From Fusobacteriia bacterium UBA1095 (lineage in GTDB: Bacteria; Fusobacteriota; Fusobacteriia; Bac17; UBA816), in assembly GCA_002313635.1 (NCBI GenBank), contig DCBY01000012.1, positions 7,859 through 71,858 of the forward strand: DNA of 64,000 nucleotides, read 5' to 3'. The notes beneath the pieces are model-generated. The model was not told where the DNA came from. It was given only the letters and a program-made list of their open reading frames with translations, and made no database searches. This document shows, in pieces, positions 39,770 to 47,820 of the stretch. The translations under genes were made by a program, and so were the position numbers. Numbering within the stretch: position 1 is the stretch's first letter; every line of letters begins with the position of its first letter.

Positions 39770-40804
39770 CTATAAAACCCCTATATCTTTGGAAAGGTAG
39801 ATATCGTGCACTAAATTCATTAATTTAACGCTTTCATCAAGATTTTTTCTAAAAATCTTCCTTCCAGGAATAACGCCAGATCCACCAGCAGCCTTGTTAA
39901 CTAAACACGTTAAAGCAAGATCCTTAAGGTCATTTCCGTGGGATGCACCACCAGAGCTTAGCAGAGGAACTCTACCAGATAGGCAACCCAAAAGTTGAAA
40001 TCTTAGCATATCAACTGGATGATCAGTTAAATAAGTGGAATCCTTCATTTTAGGATTGATATCTTGGAACCCTTCAGGAACAGTTGGAAATTTCTGTTTA
40101 ACTATATCTGCTTCTATTGCAGATGCCAGGTAGTTGGCCTGAGCAGTCATATCCGCTGCTGAATGGTAATCTCTCTCTCTTTTAAAGGATTCATTTCGTA
40201 AGTACGCCCAAACTATAGTAAACATACCTTTTTCATGTGCATATTTAAAACACTTGGATACCCTAGATATCTGGTCTTTAGTGTCATTAGCTCCTAAATA
40301 TAGGGTAGCAGCTACCCCTGAAGCTCCCATATCAAAAGCCTGATCAATCTCAGCAAAAAAAGATTGCTTAGGAGATTCATTAGAAAAAATATCATTGTGA
40401 TTTACTTTAAGTATAATAGGAATTTTATGAACATATTTTCTACAGACACTACCTAGGTTTCCTAAAGAGGATGCAACTGCAGAGACCTCTGTTTTTAATG
40501 CAAGTTCAAAGATATTAACTGGATCAAACATTCCAATGTTAGAGGAAAAAGAGACAGCAGCACCATGCTCTATACCATGATCCAATGGAAGAATCGATAA
40601 ATAACCTGTTCCAGAGAGCCTTCCACTATTGAAAAGATGTCCCAAATTTTTCAACACATTAGGGTTTCTATCACTGTTCAGATATGTTCTATCTATGAAA
40701 TCAACCCCTGGCAGACTCAATAGGGACTTATCTATCTTAGGGGTATAGTCTAAAACATTTTTTAAACTATCAACACCGATTATATCCTCTAATAGCTTTA
40801 ACAT
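39770..40804 (-). CDS. fbaB: Class I fructose-bisphosphate aldolase (FbaB/DhnA type)
   Basis: Collinear with E. coli FbaB throughout: GRLSGTGYLSILPLDHGIEHG, LKVNHN, VWAYLRN, DIVKQK, SGGA, NKAAGG.G.I.GRK.F. Confidence 0.88.
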   Translation of the reverse strand: MLKLLEDIIGVDSLKNVLDYTPKIDKSLLSLPGVDFIDRTYLNSDRNPNVLKNLGHLFNSGRLSGTGYLSILPLDHGIEHGAAVSFSSNIGMFDPVNIFELALKTEVSAVASSLGNLGSVCRKYVHKIPIILKVNHNDIFSNESPKQSFFAEIDQAFDMGASGVAATLYLGANDTKDQISRVSKCFKYAHEKGMFTIVWAYLRNESFKRERDYHSAADMTAQANYLASAIEADIVKQKFPTVPEGFQDINPKMKDSTYLTDHPVDMLRFQLLGCLSGRVPLLSSGGASHGNDLKDLALTCLVNKAAGGSGVIPGRKIFRKNLDESVKLMNLVHDIYLSKDIGVL

Positions 40805-40886
40805 TTAACATCCTCCAATAGATCAAAATAAGGGGTGAAGAAAACACCCTTCACCCCTCTCATGCAGATATATGAAAAACAATTAG

Positions 40887-42353
40887 TTACTTAGACTCAC
40901 CTGAAATCTTTTTAAATTCCACATCAAGTCTAGAAACAGCGTAAATCCATATAAGAAGTGCTCCTCCTATTATAAACAGAAGGTAAGGTATAACAGCCTC
41001 TATCTTACCTCCAAACAGAGGCAGAAGGAACATAGACAGCAAAGAAGCACCTAAGCTCTTTCCTAACCTACCTCCAGCACCGTCAACAGCAGCTTTACCC
41101 TTAATCTTTGTCTCTTGATCTAAAGGAATATATACAGCTTCCTTTGTAGGATCAAATAGAGTATATTTAAAGGCTTTTATGAACACAACCTGCAACATTC
41201 CAACCATAACAGCCAAGAATAGTGAAGACACTCCAAATGTTGTCTCAAATATAGCCAAATCTCGTCCAAAAAGCATAAAAGTAAAGAAGATCGCACCCAA
41301 AATAGAAGCTATCAAAGGTGTCAAAAGCGCTGCAAGCTTCCAACTCTTTCTTATTATCCATGAGGATGCAAAAAGTATAAGTATTATAGAAGTTATACCT
41401 ATCAAGAAAACCTCTGCAGAGTATATGTTTGAAAGAGTTTGGAAGTCACCACCAGAAGCTTTTTGTAAAGCTTTAACCTGACTCTTCCAAACAGCCTCTA
41501 TAAGACTTATAACAAAACCGTAAGAAAACACAAGTACAGCTATCAATCCTAAATATTTTGATCTAGCCAAAAACATGAAAGATTCCACAAGCCCTAGTTT
41601 TGGCTTCTTTTTCTTGTCTTTCTTTTCTTCTATCTGATAGGCATCAGGATCAGCTGCAATTTTGTCAGTAAACCATTTGTATATAAACATAATAGCCGCA
41701 CCAGAGACTAAAACTATGTATACAAGGTATAACATTGTCTCTCTGCTACCAAACATTCTCAAGAATGCTGCTGAAAAAAGAAGAGCAACATTAGGGCCCA
41801 ATGCCAAGAAACTGTAAAATCTCTTAGATTGTGCAACACTAGTTATCTCATTTATAAATGTCCATATAGCAATAGACATGCCAAATGTTCCCCAAAGCTC
41901 AGCGTGTATGTAAAACAGTGAAAAGAACCAATATCTTATAGCCCCCCACAAACCAAATAAATTTGGTGCAACTGAAATAGCGTAATCAAAAAATGAGTGT
42001 AGAGCTAAGTAATTGCGAGCTGGATAAAGAACAAAGGCAAACAGGGCAAAGAAAGCCACAAAATAAGATATGACTATGTAGAATAGCCCGTGTCTACCAA
42101 ATACGTTACTCAAAGAGTTATACACCAAAGTATATATGATAACCATCGGAGTAACACCAAAAGTCTTTACATAGTAAAGAGTCTCAGCACCAGCGCTGTC
42201 CAAAATGAATATGTCCTTCATATTTCTTAGCATTGAATAATTCAAGCTAACTAAAAGGAAAAGAATAGTCAAAGGTAAAAATTTCTTTAACTCATATCCG
42301 TGTATAGGCCATATAACCGACCTAATAGGACCAAACTTTTTTTGTTCTTGCAT
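40887..42353 (-). CDS. tlc: Nucleotide transporter, ATP/ADP translocase family (NTT/Tlc)
   Basis: The N-terminus IRSVIWPIHGYELKKFLPLTILFLLVSLNYSMLRNMKD closely parallels rickettsial and chlamydial Tlc/Npt1. About 12 TM segments. 488 aa. Confidence 0.85.
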   Translation of the reverse strand: MQEQKKFGPIRSVIWPIHGYELKKFLPLTILFLLVSLNYSMLRNMKDIFILDSAGAETLYYVKTFGVTPMVIIYTLVYNSLSNVFGRHGLFYIVISYFVAFFALFAFVLYPARNYLALHSFFDYAISVAPNLFGLWGAIRYWFFSLFYIHAELWGTFGMSIAIWTFINEITSVAQSKRFYSFLALGPNVALLFSAAFLRMFGSRETMLYLVYIVLVSGAAIMFIYKWFTDKIAADPDAYQIEEKKDKKKKPKLGLVESFMFLARSKYLGLIAVLVFSYGFVISLIEAVWKSQVKALQKASGGDFQTLSNIYSAEVFLIGITSIILILFASSWIIRKSWKLAALLTPLIASILGAIFFTFMLFGRDLAIFETTFGVSSLFLAVMVGMLQVVFIKAFKYTLFDPTKEAVYIPLDQETKIKGKAAVDGAGGRLGKSLGASLLSMFLLPLFGGKIEAVIPYLLFIIGGALLIWIYAVSRLDVEFKKISGESK

Positions 42354-42419
42354 AATTTCTCCTTCTTAAATTTAGAAAATTACAGCTTAAGTATACCAAT
42401 ATAACAATGAGCATGTCAA

Positions 42420-42448
42420 TTGACACTAAGGTTCAAAAAGTGATAATA
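42420..42448 (+). promoter_or_regulatory. Sigma70-like promoter for the tRNA cluster: TTGACA, 16-17-nt spacer, (TG)ATAATA
   Basis: ttgacactaaggttcaaaaagtgataata ends ~12 nt before tRNA-Leu. Confidence 0.6.
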
Positions 42449-42459
42449 TCTCTTGTAGT

Positions 42460-42546
42460 GCCGCGGTGGCGGAATGGTAGACGCACAGGACTTAAAATCC
42501 TGAGGGCTTTTTGCCCGTGCCGGTTCAAGTCCGGCTCGCGGTACCA
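42460..42546 (+). tRNA. tRNA-Leu (anticodon UAA), long variable arm, CCA encoded
   Basis: Cloverleaf folded by eye: acceptor GCCGCGG, anticodon loop cuUAAaa, T-arm GCCGGTTCAAGTCCGGC, ACCA end. Confidence 0.85.
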
Positions 42547-42555
42547 GAGTATAGG

Positions 42556-42632
<77 letters not shown>

Positions 42633-42660
42633 AGTGACACTCTGATCCAATTTTTATTGA

Positions 42661-42737
<77 letters not shown>

Positions 42738-42740
42738 AGA

Positions 42741-42817
42741 GGCGATGTAGCTCAGTTGGTAAGAGCGTGCGGTTCATACCCGCAAGGTCGGTGGTTCAAA
42801 TCCACTCATCGCTACCA
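42741..42817 (+). tRNA. tRNA with a CAU anticodon (elongator Met, or Ile2 if lysidinylated)
   Basis: GGCGATGTAGCTCAGTTGGTAAGAGC...uuCAUac...GGTTCAAATCC...CCA. It lacks the initiator features. Confidence 0.8.
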
Positions 42818-42976
42818 GAGTTTTGCTGCGCCTGAACTAGGTACCTTACCTATGCACTTATTTTCCCTTATATTTAGACAAGCTATGAAGTTTGTTACTG
42901 ATTTTTTTCAAAATTTTTCTGAAATTAATATGTCATCAAAAGTTCCCTTATCACCCCAAAAATTCAGAACTCATAC

Positions 42977-44278
42977 CTAAACTAAGTATCTTGCCCATAT
43001 GTAGAAAGCACTAACAGCTGTAGTAGCTATGGAGAATACAATTCCGTACTTAGTAAACTCCATAAAACTTATCTTATATCCGCTCTTCTTTGAAATATCC
43101 GAAGCTAGTATATTAGCAGATGCCCCTATAAGGGTTCCATTACCCCCTAGACAAGCTCCTAAAGATAGAGCCCACCACATAGCTCCCTTTATTACAGAAA
43201 GTGGAATGTCACCATAAATATGGGAAATTTCAGGTATCACCGAATTTTTTATCATAGGAGCTATAGTAGCTGTAAAAGGTATGTTATCTAACAAGGATGA
43301 GACAATACTTGAGACCCACAATACCATCATAGAAGTAAGAGCAAGGCTACCTCCTGTTATTACTAATACAAATTCTCCTATCATCTTAAGTAGTCCTACT
43401 TTATTCAAACCACCAACTAACACAAAAAGCCCAGCAAAGAAGAGAATAGTGTTCCATTCAACTTTATGGAGGATTTTTTCAGGATTTTTACCTGTAACTA
43501 TAACCATGAAAGCAGCTCCTAGAAGAGAAGATACAGCAGGACTTAGATTTAGAACTCTGTGAAGAAGAAAACTAAGCAAAACTAGAGAAAAGATAGATAG
43601 AGACCTCTTAAGAGCAACAAACTTACCTATAGCTCTTGTAGGATCCATATCCATAAGCTGAGCTCTTCTATATCTTGTTACTTTAAGTCTTTTTCTAAAA
43701 AATAACCAAGATATCAGACAGAAGACTACCATATTCATTATAGAAATAGGCACAAGGTTGAACAAGAAATCATTAAAAGTGTATCCAGAGTAAGCTGCCA
43801 CTATTAAGTTAGGTGGATCACCTATCAAAGTTGAGGCTCCACCTATATTTGAAGCTATAGCTTGAGATATAACAAAAGGAACAGGTGTTATATCCAACTG
43901 CTTAGCTAACAGAATAGTAATAGGTGTTAAAACCATTATCGTAGTAACATTGTCTAGAAAAGCAGACAGAAATGCCGTCATTAAACTTAAAACAATTAGT
44001 AGAGGGAAAGGAAAACCCTTAACCAATTGAGCTATCTTTATAGCTATCCATTCAAAAATACCCGTCTCAGCTATAACAGCTACCATTATCATCATTCCCA
44101 GTAAAAGAGCCAATATCTCAAAATCTATGGCTGCTAAGGCCTCTTCACTACTTAAAACCCCCGTAGCTATCATCAAAGTGGAACCAAGAACAACCACCAT
44201 GGAAGAAGGCAACTTTTCTGTGGCTATTGCTAAATAACTAAATAAAAAAATAGAAACCGCAATTAAAAACTTTAGCAT
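42977..44278 (-). CDS. ArsB/NhaD-superfamily anion permease (CitMHS/YbiR-like)
   Basis: 433-aa polytopic membrane protein. Two repeated halves, each with a GDPPN / G..LIGASAN re-entrant-loop-like motif typical of the ArsB/NhaD ion-transporter superfamily. Confidence 0.6.
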   Translation of the reverse strand: MLKFLIAVSIFLFSYLAIATEKLPSSMVVVLGSTLMIATGVLSSEEALAAIDFEILALLLGMMIMVAVIAETGIFEWIAIKIAQLVKGFPFPLLIVLSLMTAFLSAFLDNVTTIMVLTPITILLAKQLDITPVPFVISQAIASNIGGASTLIGDPPNLIVAAYSGYTFNDFLFNLVPISIMNMVVFCLISWLFFRKRLKVTRYRRAQLMDMDPTRAIGKFVALKRSLSIFSLVLLSFLLHRVLNLSPAVSSLLGAAFMVIVTGKNPEKILHKVEWNTILFFAGLFVLVGGLNKVGLLKMIGEFVLVITGGSLALTSMMVLWVSSIVSSLLDNIPFTATIAPMIKNSVIPEISHIYGDIPLSVIKGAMWWALSLGACLGGNGTLIGASANILASDISKKSGYKISFMEFTKYGIVFSIATTAVSAFYIWARYLV

Positions 44279-44287
44279 GTGTATCTC

Positions 44288-45196
44288 CTATAAGTGCAGT
44301 ACTTTTTTTACTATATCTTCGGCAGATATCCTGCCGATGTACTTCCCCCTCTCAACAACATAAACTGTATTAACCTTTTTCTTTACCATCAAAAAGGCAA
44401 CCTCTAAGACAGATGCTTTTCTGTCCACTACCAGTGCCTTTTTACAAATATCCCCTACTTTGAGCTTTTTTTCCATCTTGAAGTAATCCTCAAAGGGTTC
44501 AGAGCTTCTTAAAAACCCTAAATTACTTAGAGAGAGTGCCTCTTTTGGCATACCTATCTTTATAAGTTCTATACTGCCAACTTTCCCAATAAATTTCCCA
44601 TTATCAACTACAGGTAGCTCAAAATATCCTTCACAAATAAGCTTGGAAGCTAACTCATGAAGGGCAGAATTAGCATTTACAGATGGTACTGCCTCTAAAA
44701 TATGTTCCGCGTTTATTTGATCATCGAATTGAGGTTGGTTATCAGTTATAAAATCAACTATCTCTTTTGTGGTTTTTGCATTACGTAAAATATCGAAGGC
44801 TAAGCCTTCAGATGCCATCTGACTTATTGCCCCCATAACCGAGAGAAGTATTCTATTTTGAAATTCAGGGACAACTACTAGGAATATTATTTTTATTTCT
44901 TCTAGTTCACCAGAAAGAGATTTGACAGAGACTCTTTTTTTAGGTATCCCCACAGCTAGCATAACGTCCTTGTAATCAGGAGATCTAGTGTGGGGTAAAA
45001 AAATACCCTCTCCTATTGCCGTAGGGAGGGTTTGCTCTCTATTTAATAAATCTTCTTTTATAGCTTTTTTATATCTTTTAAAATATTTATCTTTTGAAGA
45101 GACACTGTCTACCATAGCACCTATAAGCTGCTCGGCACTCTCCCCTTCTACTTCCAAAAAGATAAAATTGTTATCTAAATAATTCGACAGCTTCAT
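44288..45196 (-). CDS. PTS EIIA(Ntr/Fru)-type domain fused to a tandem CBS pair; likely regulator of the adjacent permease
   Basis: The N-terminus NFIFLEVEGES...LPTAIGEGIFLPHTR is EIIA-2-like, with His in the PHTR motif. C-terminal CBS motifs ELPVVDNGKFIGKV and VYVVERGKYIGRISAEDIV. Confidence 0.6.
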   Translation of the reverse strand: MKLSNYLDNNFIFLEVEGESAEQLIGAMVDSVSSKDKYFKRYKKAIKEDLLNREQTLPTAIGEGIFLPHTRSPDYKDVMLAVGIPKKRVSVKSLSGELEEIKIIFLVVVPEFQNRILLSVMGAISQMASEGLAFDILRNAKTTKEIVDFITDNQPQFDDQINAEHILEAVPSVNANSALHELASKLICEGYFELPVVDNGKFIGKVGSIELIKIGMPKEALSLSNLGFLRSSEPFEDYFKMEKKLKVGDICKKALVVDRKASVLEVAFLMVKKKVNTVYVVERGKYIGRISAEDIVKKVLHL

Positions 45197-45217
45197 AATT
45201 TCACCTAGTACATCCTA

Positions 45218-45712
45218 TCACAAAACAGTCAGCCTAGACAAAAATCTTCTCTCAGAGATCTTTTTCAGGACCTTCTCTGCATGGCCTAACACTTCAAAAT
45301 TGCGCCATATAAACTCAACATTCCCATTAGGGTTTATTAAGTAAGTGGTCCTAGGAATAGATCTTATTTCTCTATCTAATACCTGCTTTGTAACCTTAGG
45401 ACTATACAATTTAGTTATAGAAGACTCTGAATCACTTAAAAAGGAGAATTGTGCATTAATTTTATTGATAAAATTAAGATTGCTATCAACAGATGAGTTA
45501 GAAACTCCCACTACAATAGCACCAAGAGAATCAAATTTCTTTATAAGCTTGTTGAAATCACTTGCTAATTTCAGTGAATTTGGATTAAAGTTTTTGGAAA
45601 CGAAGTAAACAACTACCCATTTACCTTTGAAATCACTTAACTTAAAATCATTGTTATTTTGATCCCTCAGCAAAAAGTCAGGGGCTTTGTCCCCTACTAA
45701 TAACTTCTGCAT
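45218..45712 (-). CDS. Thioredoxin-fold protein (AhpC/TSA-TlpA-like) lacking the CxxC/peroxidatic Cys
   Basis: GDKAPDF.L.D..G..F.LSDFKGKWVVVYF follows the AhpC/TSA pattern. The redox position reads SKNF instead of the redox Cys, and the protein has no Cys at all. Confidence 0.55.
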   Translation of the reverse strand: MQKLLVGDKAPDFLLRDQNNNDFKLSDFKGKWVVVYFVSKNFNPNSLKLASDFNKLIKKFDSLGAIVVGVSNSSVDSNLNFINKINAQFSFLSDSESSITKLYSPKVTKQVLDREIRSIPRTTYLINPNGNVEFIWRNFEVLGHAEKVLKKISERRFLSRLTVL

Positions 45713-45837
45713 CTAAGTCCCCTTTTTTCTTTATTTTGACTTCAGATATTCTAACAAAAGCTATTAATTTTGTAAATATTTTAATTTGAATATGATTTCT
45801 TAATTACCTATATTTGAGCTCTTTAAAAGGGGAATAT

Positions 45838-46392
45838 CTAGTTAAAAAGGTATCTTAAAGAAAACATTAAATGTGCATCATGAAGGCCGTCATCTATAAA
45901 AAGTCTGTCTAAAAACAGTGTTCCATGTATCTCAAAAGAGACGTTATCACTTATCATTTTTCTTATGCTTGCATTCACTCCCCATAGATAAGTCGCACCC
46001 AAAGTAATCAGGGTCTCATCCTTAAATTTGTATCCCACATATACATAGATAACAGGGATAACTAAAAGAAAAGTTTTTGGGAACAAGAATCGTCCAAAAA
46101 CAGGCTGAGACATAATTTGGCCTCCACTAAACATCTGATCATAATATGGAAATCCTAATTCAACAGAGAGATAGTAATTTTCTGGTATAAAGTCAAAAGC
46201 ATACTCTAAACCAAATCCTGCAAGTACACCCATTCCCTTCTCTGAATCATTTATTCCTAATTCCTCATTCACCATCTTTCTCCACTTTGCATGAACACCT
46301 GATATGCTTCTTAGAGATAGACCTCTCCAATCCGCAAAAGAGGAGATACTAAAGGCAGAAAATATAATAAAGGATAAAAATTTTTTATTCAT
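45838..46392 (-). CDS. Small putative outer-membrane beta-barrel protein (184 aa)
   Basis: N-terminal signal peptide, alternating amphipathic beta-like segments, C-terminal aromatic-rich LRYLFN. Confidence 0.35.
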   Translation of the reverse strand: MNKKFLSFIIFSAFSISSFADWRGLSLRSISGVHAKWRKMVNEELGINDSEKGMGVLAGFGLEYAFDFIPENYYLSVELGFPYYDQMFSGGQIMSQPVFGRFLFPKTFLLVIPVIYVYVGYKFKDETLITLGATYLWGVNASIRKMISDNVSFEIHGTLFLDRLFIDDGLHDAHLMFSLRYLFN

Positions 46393-46412
46393 AATATCTT
46401 AATTATACCATT

Positions 46413-47819
46413 TTATTTAATAAAAGCGAAGCGAAAATCAGGCCCTGACGCTCCACTAACTATTTTTACACCTTTAATTGAGTCCTTTATTAAATAAAAA
46501 GATTTGGGGAAAAATAGAGGAATAACAGGAAGAGATTGTAAAATTTCTTCCTCAGCTTTTGAGAGCAGATCTCTTTTTTCACCTGTACTATATGAAGAGT
46601 AAGCTTTTCTAACTAAAATATCAAAGTCATGACTAATAAATTTGAAATAATTATCTTTTGATCCTGAAACAAAAATAGATAAAAAATCAAAGGGTAAGGA
46701 TAGGTTATCAACAGCCCAAATAGATAGATAAAGATCAAAATCACCAGAAGCTAGTTTTCTATTTTTTACAAAGATCGGAAGAGTAACAATTTCAATATCT
46801 AGACCTATTTTTGAAAGAGATGATTTTAGGTATCTTGCAACTGTTAAACTAATAGTACCTCTAGAGCACAGAAGTCTGAGCTTTCTACTTTTTTGAACAC
46901 TTTCACCTTTTTTTTCCATATTTATACGATTATTAAATCCTTGATACTCTTTGGGGACAAAGGAATAGGCGGGCTGATACCCATACCCTATCAAATTACA
47001 TACCTCTTCTCTATCCACACTAGAAGATATTAGTTGCCTTAACTCTTGGGAAACAGTAGAGGTATTTACCCCTACAAAAAATGTTTTAAAATTCGTACTA
47101 TACTCTCTATAGTTTAAATCTTCTATCGGCAAAAGATTTAATACAACATCTAGCTCTCCATTTCTGAACATATTCACCGCCACAAAGCTATCTTTAACTG
47201 ATATAAACTCTATTTCATCTATCTGTGTTGCTTCATAAAATGGATTTTTCTTCAGCATTATACTATCTTCTGCTACACTATCTGGAATAAAAGGACCATT
47301 GTATTTACCATTAACAAAAGGTACAAAAAGCGGAAAAGAGAAGAGTGAGCCATAGACTAGGATAGGGTCTTCAACTTCATATTTTAAGATTATCGTTAAC
47401 TCTCTACCTTTTGTTCTAACCCCTACTCTGTCAAAGGGCACTTTGCCTTTAGAGTAGAGCTCTGCATTCTCTATCAAGAAATATTTTTCAGCAAAATTGG
47501 ACTCTTCTAATATCAGCTTAAGAGAATCAGCAAAATCTTTAGCTTCCACATTAGATCCGTCATTAAATTTACTGTCTATGTAGAATATTATCTTTCTACC
47601 CTCACACCTTATATGACTGGCAGCACACTTAACAAAATGGCCTTCTTCATCAATCCTCAGCAGAGGGTCATAGATACTGGAAAAAATTGAAGATGCTGAA
47701 GAGTTAAAAAATAAGGGGTTAATTCCTCCTAAATTTTTTACCCTAACCTTTATACTGTTCTTCGACAAAGAAACAAGAGATAGGGCACAAAATAGCGCAA
47801 AACGGCCTAATAGTTTCAT
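46413..47819 (-). CDS. Solute-binding protein, family 5 (OppA/DppA-like), orphan (no permease genes adjacent)
   Basis: Signal peptide. Length and conserved blocks resemble SBP_bac_5. 1-nt gap to the upstream histidine kinase gene. Confidence 0.5.
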   Translation of the reverse strand: MKLLGRFALFCALSLVSLSKNSIKVRVKNLGGINPLFFNSSASSIFSSIYDPLLRIDEEGHFVKCAASHIRCEGRKIIFYIDSKFNDGSNVEAKDFADSLKLILEESNFAEKYFLIENAELYSKGKVPFDRVGVRTKGRELTIILKYEVEDPILVYGSLFSFPLFVPFVNGKYNGPFIPDSVAEDSIMLKKNPFYEATQIDEIEFISVKDSFVAVNMFRNGELDVVLNLLPIEDLNYREYSTNFKTFFVGVNTSTVSQELRQLISSSVDREEVCNLIGYGYQPAYSFVPKEYQGFNNRINMEKKGESVQKSRKLRLLCSRGTISLTVARYLKSSLSKIGLDIEIVTLPIFVKNRKLASGDFDLYLSIWAVDNLSLPFDFLSIFVSGSKDNYFKFISHDFDILVRKAYSSYSTGEKRDLLSKAEEEILQSLPVIPLFFPKSFYLIKDSIKGVKIVSGASGPDFRFAFIK

Positions 47820-47820
47820 A

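Noticed and set aside
42756-42980. 74-aa ORF starting inside the fourth tRNA
   Set aside because: Overlaps a structural tRNA gene with no RBS, so it is spurious.
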